Positions 52,870-64,000 of a stretch of 64,000 nt of DNA are shown here, in pieces. This DNA comes from Haplodiscus bocki (taxonomy: Eukaryota), in assembly GCA_965655095.1 (NCBI GenBank), contig OZ296649.1, positions 101,060,001-101,124,000 of the forward strand, written 5' to 3'. Below the pieces are notes generated by a model. It ran no database searches. It had not been told where the DNA came from and worked only from the letters and a program-made list of their open reading frames with translations. The position numbers and the translations under genes are program-made. Each line of letters opens with the position of its first letter. Position 1 is the first letter of the stretch.

Positions 52870-53530
52870 CACCCAAAATGGAATGATATCCAATCATAAA
52901 ATTTTTTGAAATTCCCCAGATTTTTAAATAATTGGAATGGCCATACTCTTGAACGATACAACCTCGAATCAGAAATGAAAACTATTCCCCACTTCAACTT
53001 CTCCGTCCACTTATATTACTTCGCATATCCTCCCTAACCACTGTACCCAGAGTGGAACAATCTTAGTGCTTTCAAAATTTTTCATTCTTTCCGTCCTCAC
53101 ACCCTGGGAAAATCCATGTCGTTGCTCAGATACTAGCCCGAACTAGAAAGGAAAAAATCCCCAGTTCAACATTGCCGGCGAACTCCATTACGTTACTGCC
53201 TTTGTAACTGCAGTACAGAAGCATTCATGTTCACACATTTAACAAATTGCATAAATTCCCGCCACAAGGTAATGGCAATACGCACTATTGCCGTGATACT
53301 ACCGAACCCAGAAATGAAAACTAATCCCCACTTTAACTGCGCCGTCCGTTCCCAACACGTCCACTATTTTTCTTATTCCCAGTACCCAAGTTCGAATTAA
53401 CAAACAGATTGTTCAGGATTCACTATTTCCGTCATTGGCACACTTTAGGACAAAAAACACCCTACGCCGGATAGTATCAGAATTGAAAACTCGCCCGGCC
53501 CATCTTCACTGGCCATTTCCACTACTATTG
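52870..53530. repeat. Degenerate satellite-like repeats, about 170 bp
   Basis: gata…agaaatgaaaacta..cccca..t.aac motif at about 52955, 53130, 53295 and 53470. Confidence 0.6.
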
Positions 53531-56028
53531 TTCCACAGCATAAACGCGTTCAGAGGGATTATATTTTTTGAAAACTCTGCGCAGTCTGACTGGCTCTACG
53601 CTGTTATCTTGGACTCGCTTCAATCTTACTCCGGTTCCCCTCAAATTGGGAAAAAAGACTCGAAAGTTCCTTAGGTTAGCCCCAGTATATGTACATTTAC
53701 TTCAAAACAAGAAAAAACGAGAGTTCGTTCGATTTGTCGCAGTCTTACCTTACCGCTTTTTTTGACGTACAAAATGGGGTCAAAATGTACGGAGCGTCGA
53801 AAAACAATTACAGGCGCAGAATGATCTATTACTACGCGAAGACCAATTACTACGCCAGGCATGAACACGACAACTGCCAGAAACTCTACTCCAAGCGAAG
53901 ATGATTTTATGCTAGAATCAGGTGATTTTATGCTAGAACCTGACGCCAGAAAAATCAACGAAACTCAGATTTTATTGACATCGATGGCACAAAACTTTGA
54001 ATTGAGGAATCTCCCTGTCCCCTATCGCAACGGTAATGATTCGACCGAGCTGTTAACACTTCACTAAGGAATCAAGCAAAAGGTCCAAGGCAAAAATTGA
54101 CTTTTCATTATATGAAACAAACTTTCGGTAAATCTATTTCGCTGAAATTTTAGCTAAATCACATTCATATGTATCCAGAAGTGAGCTATGCGTTGAATAT
54201 TTTGCTGGTGACATTGGTCGAAGCCGCTTCACTTTAGATCATTCAAGCTGTTCAAAAAACAATTCAGGTTAACAAAACAGAAGTAAAAAAAGTCAATTTT
54301 CATGAGTTTTGAGCCAGACTTACCAAAAAATATCGTTATTATTTCTTTAACTTTTGATGTTATCCATAGATTGGTCAATGTTCAATGAGAGAGTGATTTT
54401 CACAAATCAAGGCCTTTGCAGGCTTTAACACTGAGGACATGGAAAAAATGCTGATCTTTTTCGACCTTTCAAAGGAAAATTATCCACCACAACGCCATGA
54501 AATAGAAGAGAAACTTTTTTGCGTACCATCTGATATATTGGCCGAGTGATAACGAAGTAACCAAGATATTTGCAGGCTTAACAGAGATAAAGCCGGAAAA
54601 CTGAAATATCCGAATTTTCTTTTGTAAGATATTTACGCCTAAATTCCGCGGAAGAGAAGTGAAAACTTTCGACAATTTATAAAAAGGAGTTATTTTTGAT
54701 GTTTCATTCATAAGATAGCATTAATCGACCACTGAAGCAATTGGAGCCCCGAAAACCGAGAAAAATTAAATCTTGACCTCTAAAAATACAGTATTATCAT
54801 TTATTTCTGCTTGTTTTACGGTCATGAAAAATTGTCAGCAGCCGAAAATTTTGGGCATTGTCAAAAACAACCTTCATGACCTACCCCGAACTTTTTTTCG
54901 GATCATCAGATCGATTGGACCGATAGGTGAGGAGTGCTTGGGCGTCAAATTTGAGGAAAAAACTAGAAAAGTTATGACGCTCAGCATACTGGGACAGAAA
55001 ATTCAGCGTTTCCAAAATCCCTTCTCAGCGCCTCAAAAGCATTTTTTGCTTCGCTATTTTTCAAGGTCGTTAGTACAGAGGCGAAGCGGAACTTCGCAAA
55101 ACATTCTGACTTGTCAGTGGAGATCAAAAATGAGAATTATACGTCAATGGTGAGAGACAATATAACACTTAAATTTTGATGATTTGATATATGTTGGTGA
55201 AAGATATGATTGATACTTTTAGAATTACTATACCGGCTGCCAATCGAAAGTTTGTTCGGAAAAGTGGAATCGAGACAACTATAGGTCAGAGAGCCTCATA
55301 CTCAAACATTTAATCTGTCAATCATGCATTTTGGGTTTAGCCACTTTGCAGCCTAATGTATAAGATTCAAAAGTAAACCACGCGGAAATGAGTCACTAAT
55401 AGTGTTTACTATTCAAAACATTGATATGTAGAATATGGCTTCTTCATAAAGGAGGCTGTTGTTCATTTTTGCCGACCATAGTTTTACAAAATTAGCACTT
55501 TTTACAATGAGAAAAAAGCTACCTGCCAAATGTCTCAAAAAAGTTGTTTTCGACCGTTTTCACTACACCGCTAGGTGACGGGCTTTTAGCCACAATCGAA
55601 AGTCCGTTGGCGCGCGCCGATCGCCTCAACTAAAGCCCTACTTGCCGGCAGGCCGAACCCAGTGCGGTAGCCTCTAGACTCTGGGATGACGTCATAAAAT
55701 GAAAATTTTGGACAGGAAAAAAACTATGCAAAGCCGATTTCCTATACACATTCATCCTTTGTAAAAGGCAATGTAGCTACGTTTGCCACAAACGACAAAA
55801 CTCTTCTATGAAGAACTGGTTTTTTTAAGGAACCTCTTCTATCTCCAGCATTTAACTGAATTATGCATGAATTTCAAAGCTTGTAAAATCACAAGTAAAC
55901 AAAGTCCCATAATGATTCGAAATAATACCCATTCATGTTTGAATTTCTCTTTCAAAAAATAGAAATTAATGGTTCGGAAATTTATAATGATGAACAGCAG
56001 AAAAGTATAAATATTTAGTAGTACTAAC

Positions 56029-56314
56029 AAGGTGTAGAGCCGAGCGGGTCAAAGAAGAGAAAAACTGCAGTGAGGAAAAGCGCAAGCATGAGCCATGAAA
56101 AGGCAACCCATGCAATGATCAGTGCATGCGGAAGAGCATCACATGGAAACTTATAAGCAACGACGACAGTGCCAAAAATAGTCCAGCAAAGCTCAACAGC
56201 CGAAAAGACAATTCGCATCGCTAAAAATTTCGGTACATGCCTTCTGGGTTTGTCGTTCATTATGGTCCCACGTCTGCTCAGACAAAATACTGCAAAGTCA
56301 TTCAGAATCATCAG
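56029..56314 (-). CDS. DAGL: DAGL coding exon 2 (transmembrane region)
   Basis: Acceptor ttttgtttcag. Encodes LSRRGTIMNDKPRRHVPKFLAMR...FFDPLG (family pattern SMRGxIxxxxPR...FDPxG). Donor GTTAGT at 56028, phase 1. Confidence 0.9.
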
Positions 56315-56570
56315 CTGAAACAAAAATACAACTTGAGGAAAATTTAAAAATTGAAGAATAACATTATTCAAGACTTAGTTTTGAAAATGAGAAGTTTTGA
56401 TTTTTTTCAAGCTTTCAGATGCAGTAATATTGTCAGAGTTTTCGAGCCCGATGCCGCCATGATTGTATCGTCAAACTTTTCAAACATAGAACTCTCAATA
56501 CACTTGAAACTCTCAATACTTTTGAAACTATTGGCTATGTCCCAGAAGAGTAGTATGACACAGCACTAAC

Positions 56571-56777
56571 AATGATGATGACTAAGGTTCCATATAGATA
56601 GAGAGAAACATAGAAATAAGGTTGGTTGCACTTGAGTAGCTTGTTATGAAGAAGCACGATGACTGCAACAATAAGTCCTAAAGAGAGGAAGCGAATGTAT
56701 AAGCTGAGTCCACTGGGTGCCACGAAGTCATCCGTCCCCACCGCCCACGACCGATTGAACAGCCACAGTTTTGGCAT
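56571..56777 (-). CDS. DAGL: Diacylglycerol lipase (DAGL alpha/beta family), coding exon 1
   Basis: ATG at 56777. MPKLWLFNRSWAVGTDDFVAP matches the DAGL N-terminus (MPGxxxFxRRWxxGSDDLVxP) and is followed by two hydrophobic helices. Donor GTTAGT at 56570, phase 0. Confidence 0.9.
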
Positions 56778-57735
56778 CACTCCCACCTATATCCTAATCG
56801 TTCTGGTTGATCAATACTGCATCTACAATTTCATCATTCAGGTGTTTATAGCACGATCGTGCAATTTCATTCAATTCTTTCCGAAAGAAATCCGCCGTGA
56901 GTTTGTTAATACCTTTATGAATGACGAATTAGCAGAAAACAGACAACAACCAACAGCTGCGTTTCAGCAAGTATTACTTGGCAACTTACAAAAAAATATG
57001 TAACTCATGAAAATTGGGTAATTCCTGTCAAAAGTTTAGGGTCAGTTCATAGAAAGTTTGGAGAAATTGAACCTTTGGAGGCTTTTTTTAAAATTCTTCC
57101 GGATTTATTGATATCCCGGTCCATTCTGATACAATTGGGGCAGAAAATTAGATCGAGCAAACCATTTATGAAATAAATCAATTGAGAATTAGGGATTTAA
57201 CCCCTGCGATGCATAGTCCCGGTAGCAACTTCACAAGTTCACTTGAGTTTCTTGGAGTCTATGCATTCAGGAAAATTTAAACCATGACTTGCATGGCCGT
57301 GAGCTAGGCTCAAATGCCATGCAACGAACGTAATGCAATTTTACAGGGGAAAACTGTCAGAATCATATGGCGATGCCATCAATTTCACACCAGCTATAGT
57401 ATGCACTGACCTCTTCCGTAGTTCGGTATTCTGTCAGGGGTGTAAGTGCGTGAAAAGATACGACCCAGTGATGATTACGATTGGAGCGATCATAGAAGGC
57501 GAAGGAAGTTTAACCAAGTACCATTTTATATCGTTTGAAGCCATCAAATTGCCAGTACGAAAAAGTGAATTTTCACATCCAAGTTGTTTTGTAAGACCAA
57601 AGGGACCATTCAGTTGCACTAGAGGGTTTACAGCCTGCATCATATGAACGACCTGCTTGTCGACTTTTTAAATTAGGAAGTAAATTGCAGTTTTCGCCAA
57701 AACAGCTCAGAATTTGTTGTCGTTGATTTGCAGTC

Positions 57736-60700
57736 TGTTGACGATAAGACAGAAATCGCGAACAATAAAGAAGTTTTCAAGAATTTGTTACTTTGCCTCA
57801 GTCGAAGATAATTCCACCGTTTGCTGTTTACAGGAAGACCAACAAATAACACTATCATCCCAAAAATTAGAACAATAGCCACTCGTGGAACGCCTATCAT
57901 TGGGATCCCTTCCCGAATCAGAGTCACAGAAACCAACTAACTTAAGGCATTCACTATGCTTAAAAACAAGTCCTAAAGTCCTAAGTCAAAGGTACCCTTG
58001 AAGTAACGAAGAAGTTTCTTAGCTAAAAGCCAAAGATCATGGGAAGGATTGTTAAGTACTTGACTTGAAGACGAAACTACAAAACTCAAATTGGGACGGT
58101 AAACAACTGGGAGGTAATTCAATTTTCCAACTAAAGACATATACAATGAACGAATTTTGGATAAATTTTGGAAAGCATCGTATTCTAAATCAGTACCAGA
58201 ACTTTTATGGATTCTAGTATTTGCTGTCATAGGAAGACAAGAAGGATTGCAATCAGACATACCGAAGCAAGACAACAAGTCTAAAAGGTACTACTTTTGT
58301 GAAATAGTTATTTCACTAGGTTAGTGTTCAGCTGAAACACCCAAGAACCACTTCAATGTGTCTTTGTCTTCAATCCTGAGCTTTTCGGAGAAACACTTCT
58401 TGAAAGATTCAGCTAAATCGGAAAGTGTTGCAATGTATATTATATCATGGACCCAGAGGCAGATGAATCTTCTGTTTACACGCAAATCGCTCTTGGAGTA
58501 ACAACAACTATCAGTCAATGAACGTGTTAGACCGAATTCAGTTAAAAACTTACCGAGGGTTCTGTTCCAACAACCTCCGGAATGTTTCAAACCCAAAAGT
58601 CCTCCTAACAACTTGTAGACTAATTGCGACCCCTTTAGGGGAAATTCAAATCCTGGAGGTTGTTCTACATAAATATCTTCCTCTATTTCTGCAATCACAT
58701 AAGCCGAACCAACACCATATAAAAAACTTCATAATGTTAATGAGTAGCAAGTGCTGAAAGTGTACGAACTGATGACAGTTTAGCTATGGGAGCGGACGTT
58801 TCCAATTAGTCACTTTTGAAAACTTGATTAAAACCTTTGACAACGTAGCGAACTTTTTACTTGACAAATTCACCGTTCTCATCCCTCTTCAATGCGAAGG
58901 CCCAACGCCCACCTAAAGACGTTTTGTGAGATGGAAGCTCACAAATTTGCAATATTTTGTTCCCTACCAAAGATTTGAACTGTTTTGTTATCGCTGCTAA
59001 CTATTCGTTTCTCGATTGATCATTCAACTTCCTCAAAAGAGTTAGGGACTTCTTCACACAAAAATTATTCAACAAATCATACGTTTTCAGAATTGTTATT
59101 AGGACAATCATAACGCTCAACAGTTTTAGCATGTTGACCGCTACGTGTTCGGAATTCCGCATAAATGTCTGGATTTGGACTTGAAGTCGAAGACTCTGGC
59201 AGAGGTAAAGTTTCTTCAGTGCGTGAGTCATCATGTTCAACAACCGATTTCAATGGCTCAAAAGAATCGACTTGCTCTTTTTCAACATCTAAAGATCTCT
59301 TGGGTTCTGAGAGAAACTCACAGTCTTCGGAAAAACTGCTTCCAAAACCAAGAATTTATTTTCCTCAAATTACACTTTTCTCTAAAGACTAATCTTACAA
59401 GTAATTGGAATATTTAATCAGTAGGAATCATCAGTGCGACCATATCCAACGAAGATTTTTTTGACAGTTTTAGATTCCATTTTTTTCACACCTACTTCGA
59501 GAACACGGAACGTCGAGCAACCAAAAATTTTCAGATTTGACAAATCTGGCTTACGACCTTAAAATCATTCAAAAAGAGTCTTATTGAGAGGCAAGCTACA
59601 ACTTGAACAACGATTCTTCAAGTAAAACGCCATATCGACGGCTTTTACCCTAACGCAGTTGTGCAAATTAGCTTGTCTCAAAAGACACCTAGCCATGTTT
59701 ACAACAGTTCACCAACAACGCTCAGCAACATCATTCTGATGCGGGGAATAAGGAGCAGTTTTTCCTCTCTTAAAACTTTGGGCAAAAACAACTCATCAAA
59801 AGCTTTGTTATTATACTCCACTCCACCATCAGACCTCAACGCCAAAGACGAGAATGTCTTAAGTACACTTTCACCAATACAAAACTGGTAAAGTTTTGCC
59901 AAGTCTTTCGACTTACGTTTCATGAAATAAGCACGAGCGAACTGAATGTAGCTGTCAAGAACGTTCGCAACATACAAATGTCCACCCAAAGAGGTACTTT
60001 TCATTGGACTCCTTACATCGAAAGAAACCAATTCGAACTCCGAAGACCTTCGTTAAGCCACCTTACAACCGGGAGGATTACGATACAGTTTATTTGTAGC
60101 GCAAATGTCACAAAAAGATTCCGACAGACTTGAATTGTGCAATTTCATTCCTTCAACCGACTTTCAAAACTTTTGAACATCGCCTTTTAATATTGTCACC
60201 CAATCTGCAATGCCAGATATCAAGATCAACTTTACACGTGCTAGAAAAGTTTGAACAACAAACTTAAAAAACTTTAGTCACATAGAAGCCATTCTTTTGA
60301 ACAAAATGAAAAGCACCTTTATCAGCACAACGAAAATCACAAGTATCATCAAAAACAACTTTCGCACTATTTTGACCAAATGCACTCACACTCAACAAAT
60401 TTCGCGAAGGATCAAGAACATAAACGCAGTCACTTAAATTCAACACGAGAGATACACCTCGTTTTTCAGGCAAAATGTTTTCGGCAACACCTTGCCCTTT
60501 CACAGGTTAAACACTGTTATTTGCCTTCACACATTTTTTCGAAGAAACATCATGAAGTTCAACAAAAAAAACTTTATCACAGAGCATATATGACGTACAA
60601 CTGGAATCCAAAATCAATTCTTGACTTTTCAAACAATCAGAACAACAATAGAAAAAATTTCACAGCTCTGCGAAAAATTCGTCCTCTTCTCAGACTTTTT

Positions 60701-62255
60701 ATGCAATTTGGACTTCTGAAAACACTTAGACTCATTGTGTCCAAACTTCTTGCAATTAGAGCACTGGTTAACTGTACAAGAACTTTTCATATAACCGCTC
60801 TTGTTGCAGCGGAAACACTTACCAGAAAATTTCTAATTAAAATCATTCGAAACAAACAACGCTGCTTCTGACATAGTGTTACTCGGGATAACGCAATCTG
60901 CTAATTTCTGCGAGTCTGCATTTTTTTGAGAGCTTTTCAGATCAAAAAACGTAGTGGGAGTTTCCGAAAAATCATGCACCGTCTTGAAAAACCCATATTT
61001 ATCAGGCACACCCTTGAGAACAACGGATGGTAACAACTTTTCCGAAATCTTCTCCCCTGCTACTTCTGATGACGATGAAAGAGTCTCGGCTCTGATCAAC
61101 TAGTCCCTCCTCTTTTCAGATGGCTTCAACGACACAGACGTTAGTTGCTCTAGCGAGTTCATCACACGCGGCATCTCTGGACTGGAGGGGTGTGCTGTCA
61201 ACAGTTTCCAGGCCGCTGGCCCATTTCCTTTGCATTCTGACTTCAACATCATGATAGACCGTTTTCCCAAACACTGCACAAGTTTAACTCAGATATTGTA
61301 CTTCTCGTGATAGTTAGATGTGTCACTTCCCAACTGTTGTCCTCGCAGCTTTTTGGTGTGCATGTAACCTTCAAACTTCTCGCTTCAGTAGTCGAAGTCA
61401 TATTCTTCCCCAGACAAGTGAAGACATCGTCGTTTCTCTGCTTAGGTTGCCCTTCCTTTGTTGAAGACGAAACAAAACTTTTGATTAGTACACTTACTGA
61501 ATCGAATATCTTTGCTCAAACAAAAATAGAAAAAGAACTTACTAGATGGCTGGTCAGGCCTTTACACCGCTTACAACAAAAACTGGTTCAAAATTTGGTT
61601 CCGTTGAAATTGCTAAGTCCAAAAGACACGGTTGGTTAATCACCAAAGTTACTGAGTAAAAATACTGTCCAGAAGAAAGATAAATCTGCTATTCAGAATA
61701 AAAACAGGAAGGCTGGGCACATAACCTGCTGACGATAAGACGGAAATCGCGAAGTCAAACAAAGAAGTTTTCATGCATTTGTTACTTTGGACTTTGTTTC
61801 TATCAAACTTCGTTTTGAGAGTGATTTATCAAAAAAATCATTTTTACAGGGACAGATATACCTGCAAATGGTTGTAGACATCTAGGTTATCCTACAGCTC
61901 TGGTGGAAAAATACATGGACGAATAGGTTTAATGTTTCATATAGATTAACCGTATGGTTCTAAGTTCAAAATTGAATCATAACAGTAATACAGTTTCAGT
62001 TGTGACAATTCAGTTCATGATGAATTCTTGGTTATTGACATAATCTTCATTTCTTGGGTGCATGTTGTCAAAGTTGAAGTTTTTAGATGAAGACAGTGTT
62101 GTTAGGCCGGGCCGGTACTTGGTTTCAGTTCAGTTCATCTTGGTTGCTTGAATTGAAAGGTTGCTTTGTTGACTGCTGCTGTTATTGATGCTGTTGTTAT
62201 CAACAACAAGCTTGCAAACATCTCTGCAAGTGAACAGTTTCATTGATCGTTAACA
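57736..62255 (-). mobile_element. Decayed Ty1/copia LTR retrotransposon
   Basis: Order gag, PR (ILDSSCTS), pre-integrase (WHCRLG), IN (DVRSPMKSTSLGGHLY, LRSDGGVEY), RT (YVEQPPGFE, GLKHSG, LWVHDI), RNase H (GFCDSD…DRRSTSGY…SSTEA). PBS at 61713-61726. LTR end shared between 57736 and 61727. Candidate TSD CAGTC. The right boundary is less certain than the internal domain. Confidence 0.9.
61713..61726 (-). promoter_or_regulatory. Primer-binding site of the copia element
   Basis: GGTTATGTGCCCAG, one mismatch from the copia-type GGTTATGGGCCCAG (internal tRNA-iMet fragment primer), directly after an LTR ending …TCAGCA. Confidence 0.85.
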
Positions 62256-62429
62256 CAGTCAAGCTGCGGTGATCTCTCTTTTGCATTTGTTCACAATATC
62301 TCCTACTTATCCCTGCAGTATTGACAGCTGCAACAAAGCTGCCAAGAACACAAGTTGTCCTGTAAGTACTTCTCCTTGACGAACTTCGACATGAAGTTGA
62401 GGATTCAGTTTTTTAGCCCTTTACTTTTC

Positions 62430-64000
62430 TTGATGTCCATATAACAATTTGCCTTGTTGACAATCCTGCATGTGCGGTATATAAACATGCCCTCAGTTCT
62501 TTCTGATCTATGTTTTGACAGCTTGAAAAATGCCAGATTCCGGTTTACTATTTTTAAAAAAAGTGTTAGCTCAAGATGTTCCTTGTCATGTTCCTTTTGT
62601 TGATAAAACTTAGATGGAAAACGGATGTCATATAATTGCAGAAAGAGACGAAACGGAAATATTCAGCAGCCACAGCTGTTCATTGGTTCAGATCTTTGCC
62701 TGGAGTGCCACAAACCCATTTCATTAATTTTTCAAAAACTTTCAAGATAAAATTCCAGTTTGAAGACTATTTTCGAATGAAACGCAAGTTTGCGCCATGA
62801 GCAATATACTACTTTGTTAGCCTGGCAGAAGAAATCTTCGAATTGGCTAGACAAAAGTTGATTGCCACTTACGAGGACACCTAGATGTCGTATGATTGTG
62901 GGTGTTTTGAGCGACTGATCGTTCTAGATCTTTCGTTCTGATTTAGCTGCGGAAATTTACTGTGTGCTTTTGTCAAAGGCTAGGTTCATTTGTTGTTATT
63001 TACCCAATTCTCTATTTTTGGAATGTCATCTTAAAACGTTGAGGTTGAATTACACTTATAAAGACGTTTCAAGTCATCGGCATAATTATGTGGTTCACTG
63101 AACTTCTTGATCGCGAATACGAAGTTTATAAAATTAGAGAAACGACGCGGCGCCAGTATTGATCATTCGTGTATTTCACTCAACACTCGTAACTCTTCTG
63201 AGCACAAACAAACTGCTTGCATCCTTCCAAGTAGTCCAAGAGACTGTGAAAAACGTCACCATTGACTCCAATTTCGGCTTTTTTCTGTGGAAACGGATAA
63301 TGGAGCACACGGTCAAAAGCTTTGAAGGAGTCTGCAAAAAGTGCTTTTTCTGTTTCACTTGGGCTGTTGTCTAATATCCTGTGAAAATCCTGCAGAATAC
63401 GCAGCTCGTTACCAACTACAGATCGTTTTTGAACAAAAACGCGTAAATTTTTTATCAAGCGATTTACAGAAAGTTCAAATAGCGGATGCTCATTGCACTT
63501 TTCAAACAATGTCCTATCAGTCTTGCGCAGTGACTTTACCCGACAGTTAGTGAGGTTTCGTCTATCCGCTTTTCCGTGTATAATTGCTACAACAGTTTTT
63601 TCCAAAGTTTCGGGAGCCTCCTCGTTCTCTCTAGTGCCTCGAAAATTACGTTTAGATTCTCATATACTTTGTTTCTCGTTTTGAAAAAGAAACTAGGTGG
63701 GACTCTATCTCGGCCTTCGCTCCCGGTGATGTCAATATCCTTAATAGAACCTTGAATTATCGTTCTGGATATGCAAAAATTTTGTCAACTTAACCTCTTT
63801 GTGTTTGTTTACATTAGCGTCCTAAAAGTTTTTTTTTAATCTTCTTCGAGGATGAAATTGAATTGGAGAATCTGCTGAACAATTTAGCTTTACCTATAGA
63901 TGTGGACTCTGTTGCACTACCATTAATGGTAGTGAAAGGAAAAATTGAGCTTTTGTTCAGTTTTTTGAAGTGTTTGTGAGGGAGATCCGTATGTCGCGAA
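62430..64000 (-). mobile_element. Decayed non-LTR retrotransposon (CR1/L2/Jockey-group) reverse transcriptase
   Basis: NCRVKSL…LFEK…ALFADSFKAFDRVLH…IGVNG…LLDYL…SILAP…FIN…YADDLK; multiple stops; appears to run off the window edge. Confidence 0.85.

Larger units (their letters stand above)
38474..52870. repeat. Tandem array of six 2.4-kb units
   Basis: Units start at 38474, 40868, 43276, 45683, 48079 and 50475 (2394, 2408, 2407, 2396, 2396 and 2392 bp). The same ORFs recur in the ORF track. CAAC occurs at every junction. Confidence 0.97.

Noticed and set aside
57333-57647. Overlapping sense/antisense ORFs upstream of DAGL as a gene
   Set aside because: No recognisable motifs or convincing splice structure.
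1-64000. Assigning the host taxon
   Set aside because: Some repeat families recall acoel flatworm genomes, but I cannot support this from the sequence alone. Only an animal origin is well supported.

Overview
This is animal genomic DNA, not prokaryotic. One host gene spans most of the window: a 7-exon diacylglycerol lipase (DAGL alpha/beta family) on the minus strand, 56777 to 4462, about 782 aa. All six introns are GT-AG and phase-compatible, and the Ser/Asp/His triad is intact. Its second intron is about 36.7 kb (19370-56028) and holds a decayed, left-truncated Maverick/Polinton (adintovirus-like endogenous DNA virus, about 23.5-38.9 kb). The element has the full core gene set on one strand: pPolB, adenain protease, major capsid, pVII-like core, minor capsid, rve integrase and packaging ATPase. 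Its surviving right end carries unusual cargo: an ORF with an ErbB-ligand-type EGF domain, a tRNA-derived Pol III promoter (A and B boxes) facing outward, and an ACTACT terminus. About 400 bp of this end plus about 2 kb of flank was later amplified into six tandem 2.4-kb copies (38474-52870) joined at a CAAC microhomology. Also present are a satellite-bearing Helitron-like insertion containing a duplicated Buster/Charlie hAT derivative, an 8 x 59-bp minisatellite, a decayed Ty1/copia element with a copia-type PBS and candidate TSD, and a decayed CR1/L2-like LINE. All family calls come from motif recognition by eye; no searches were run and pseudogene boundaries are approximate.
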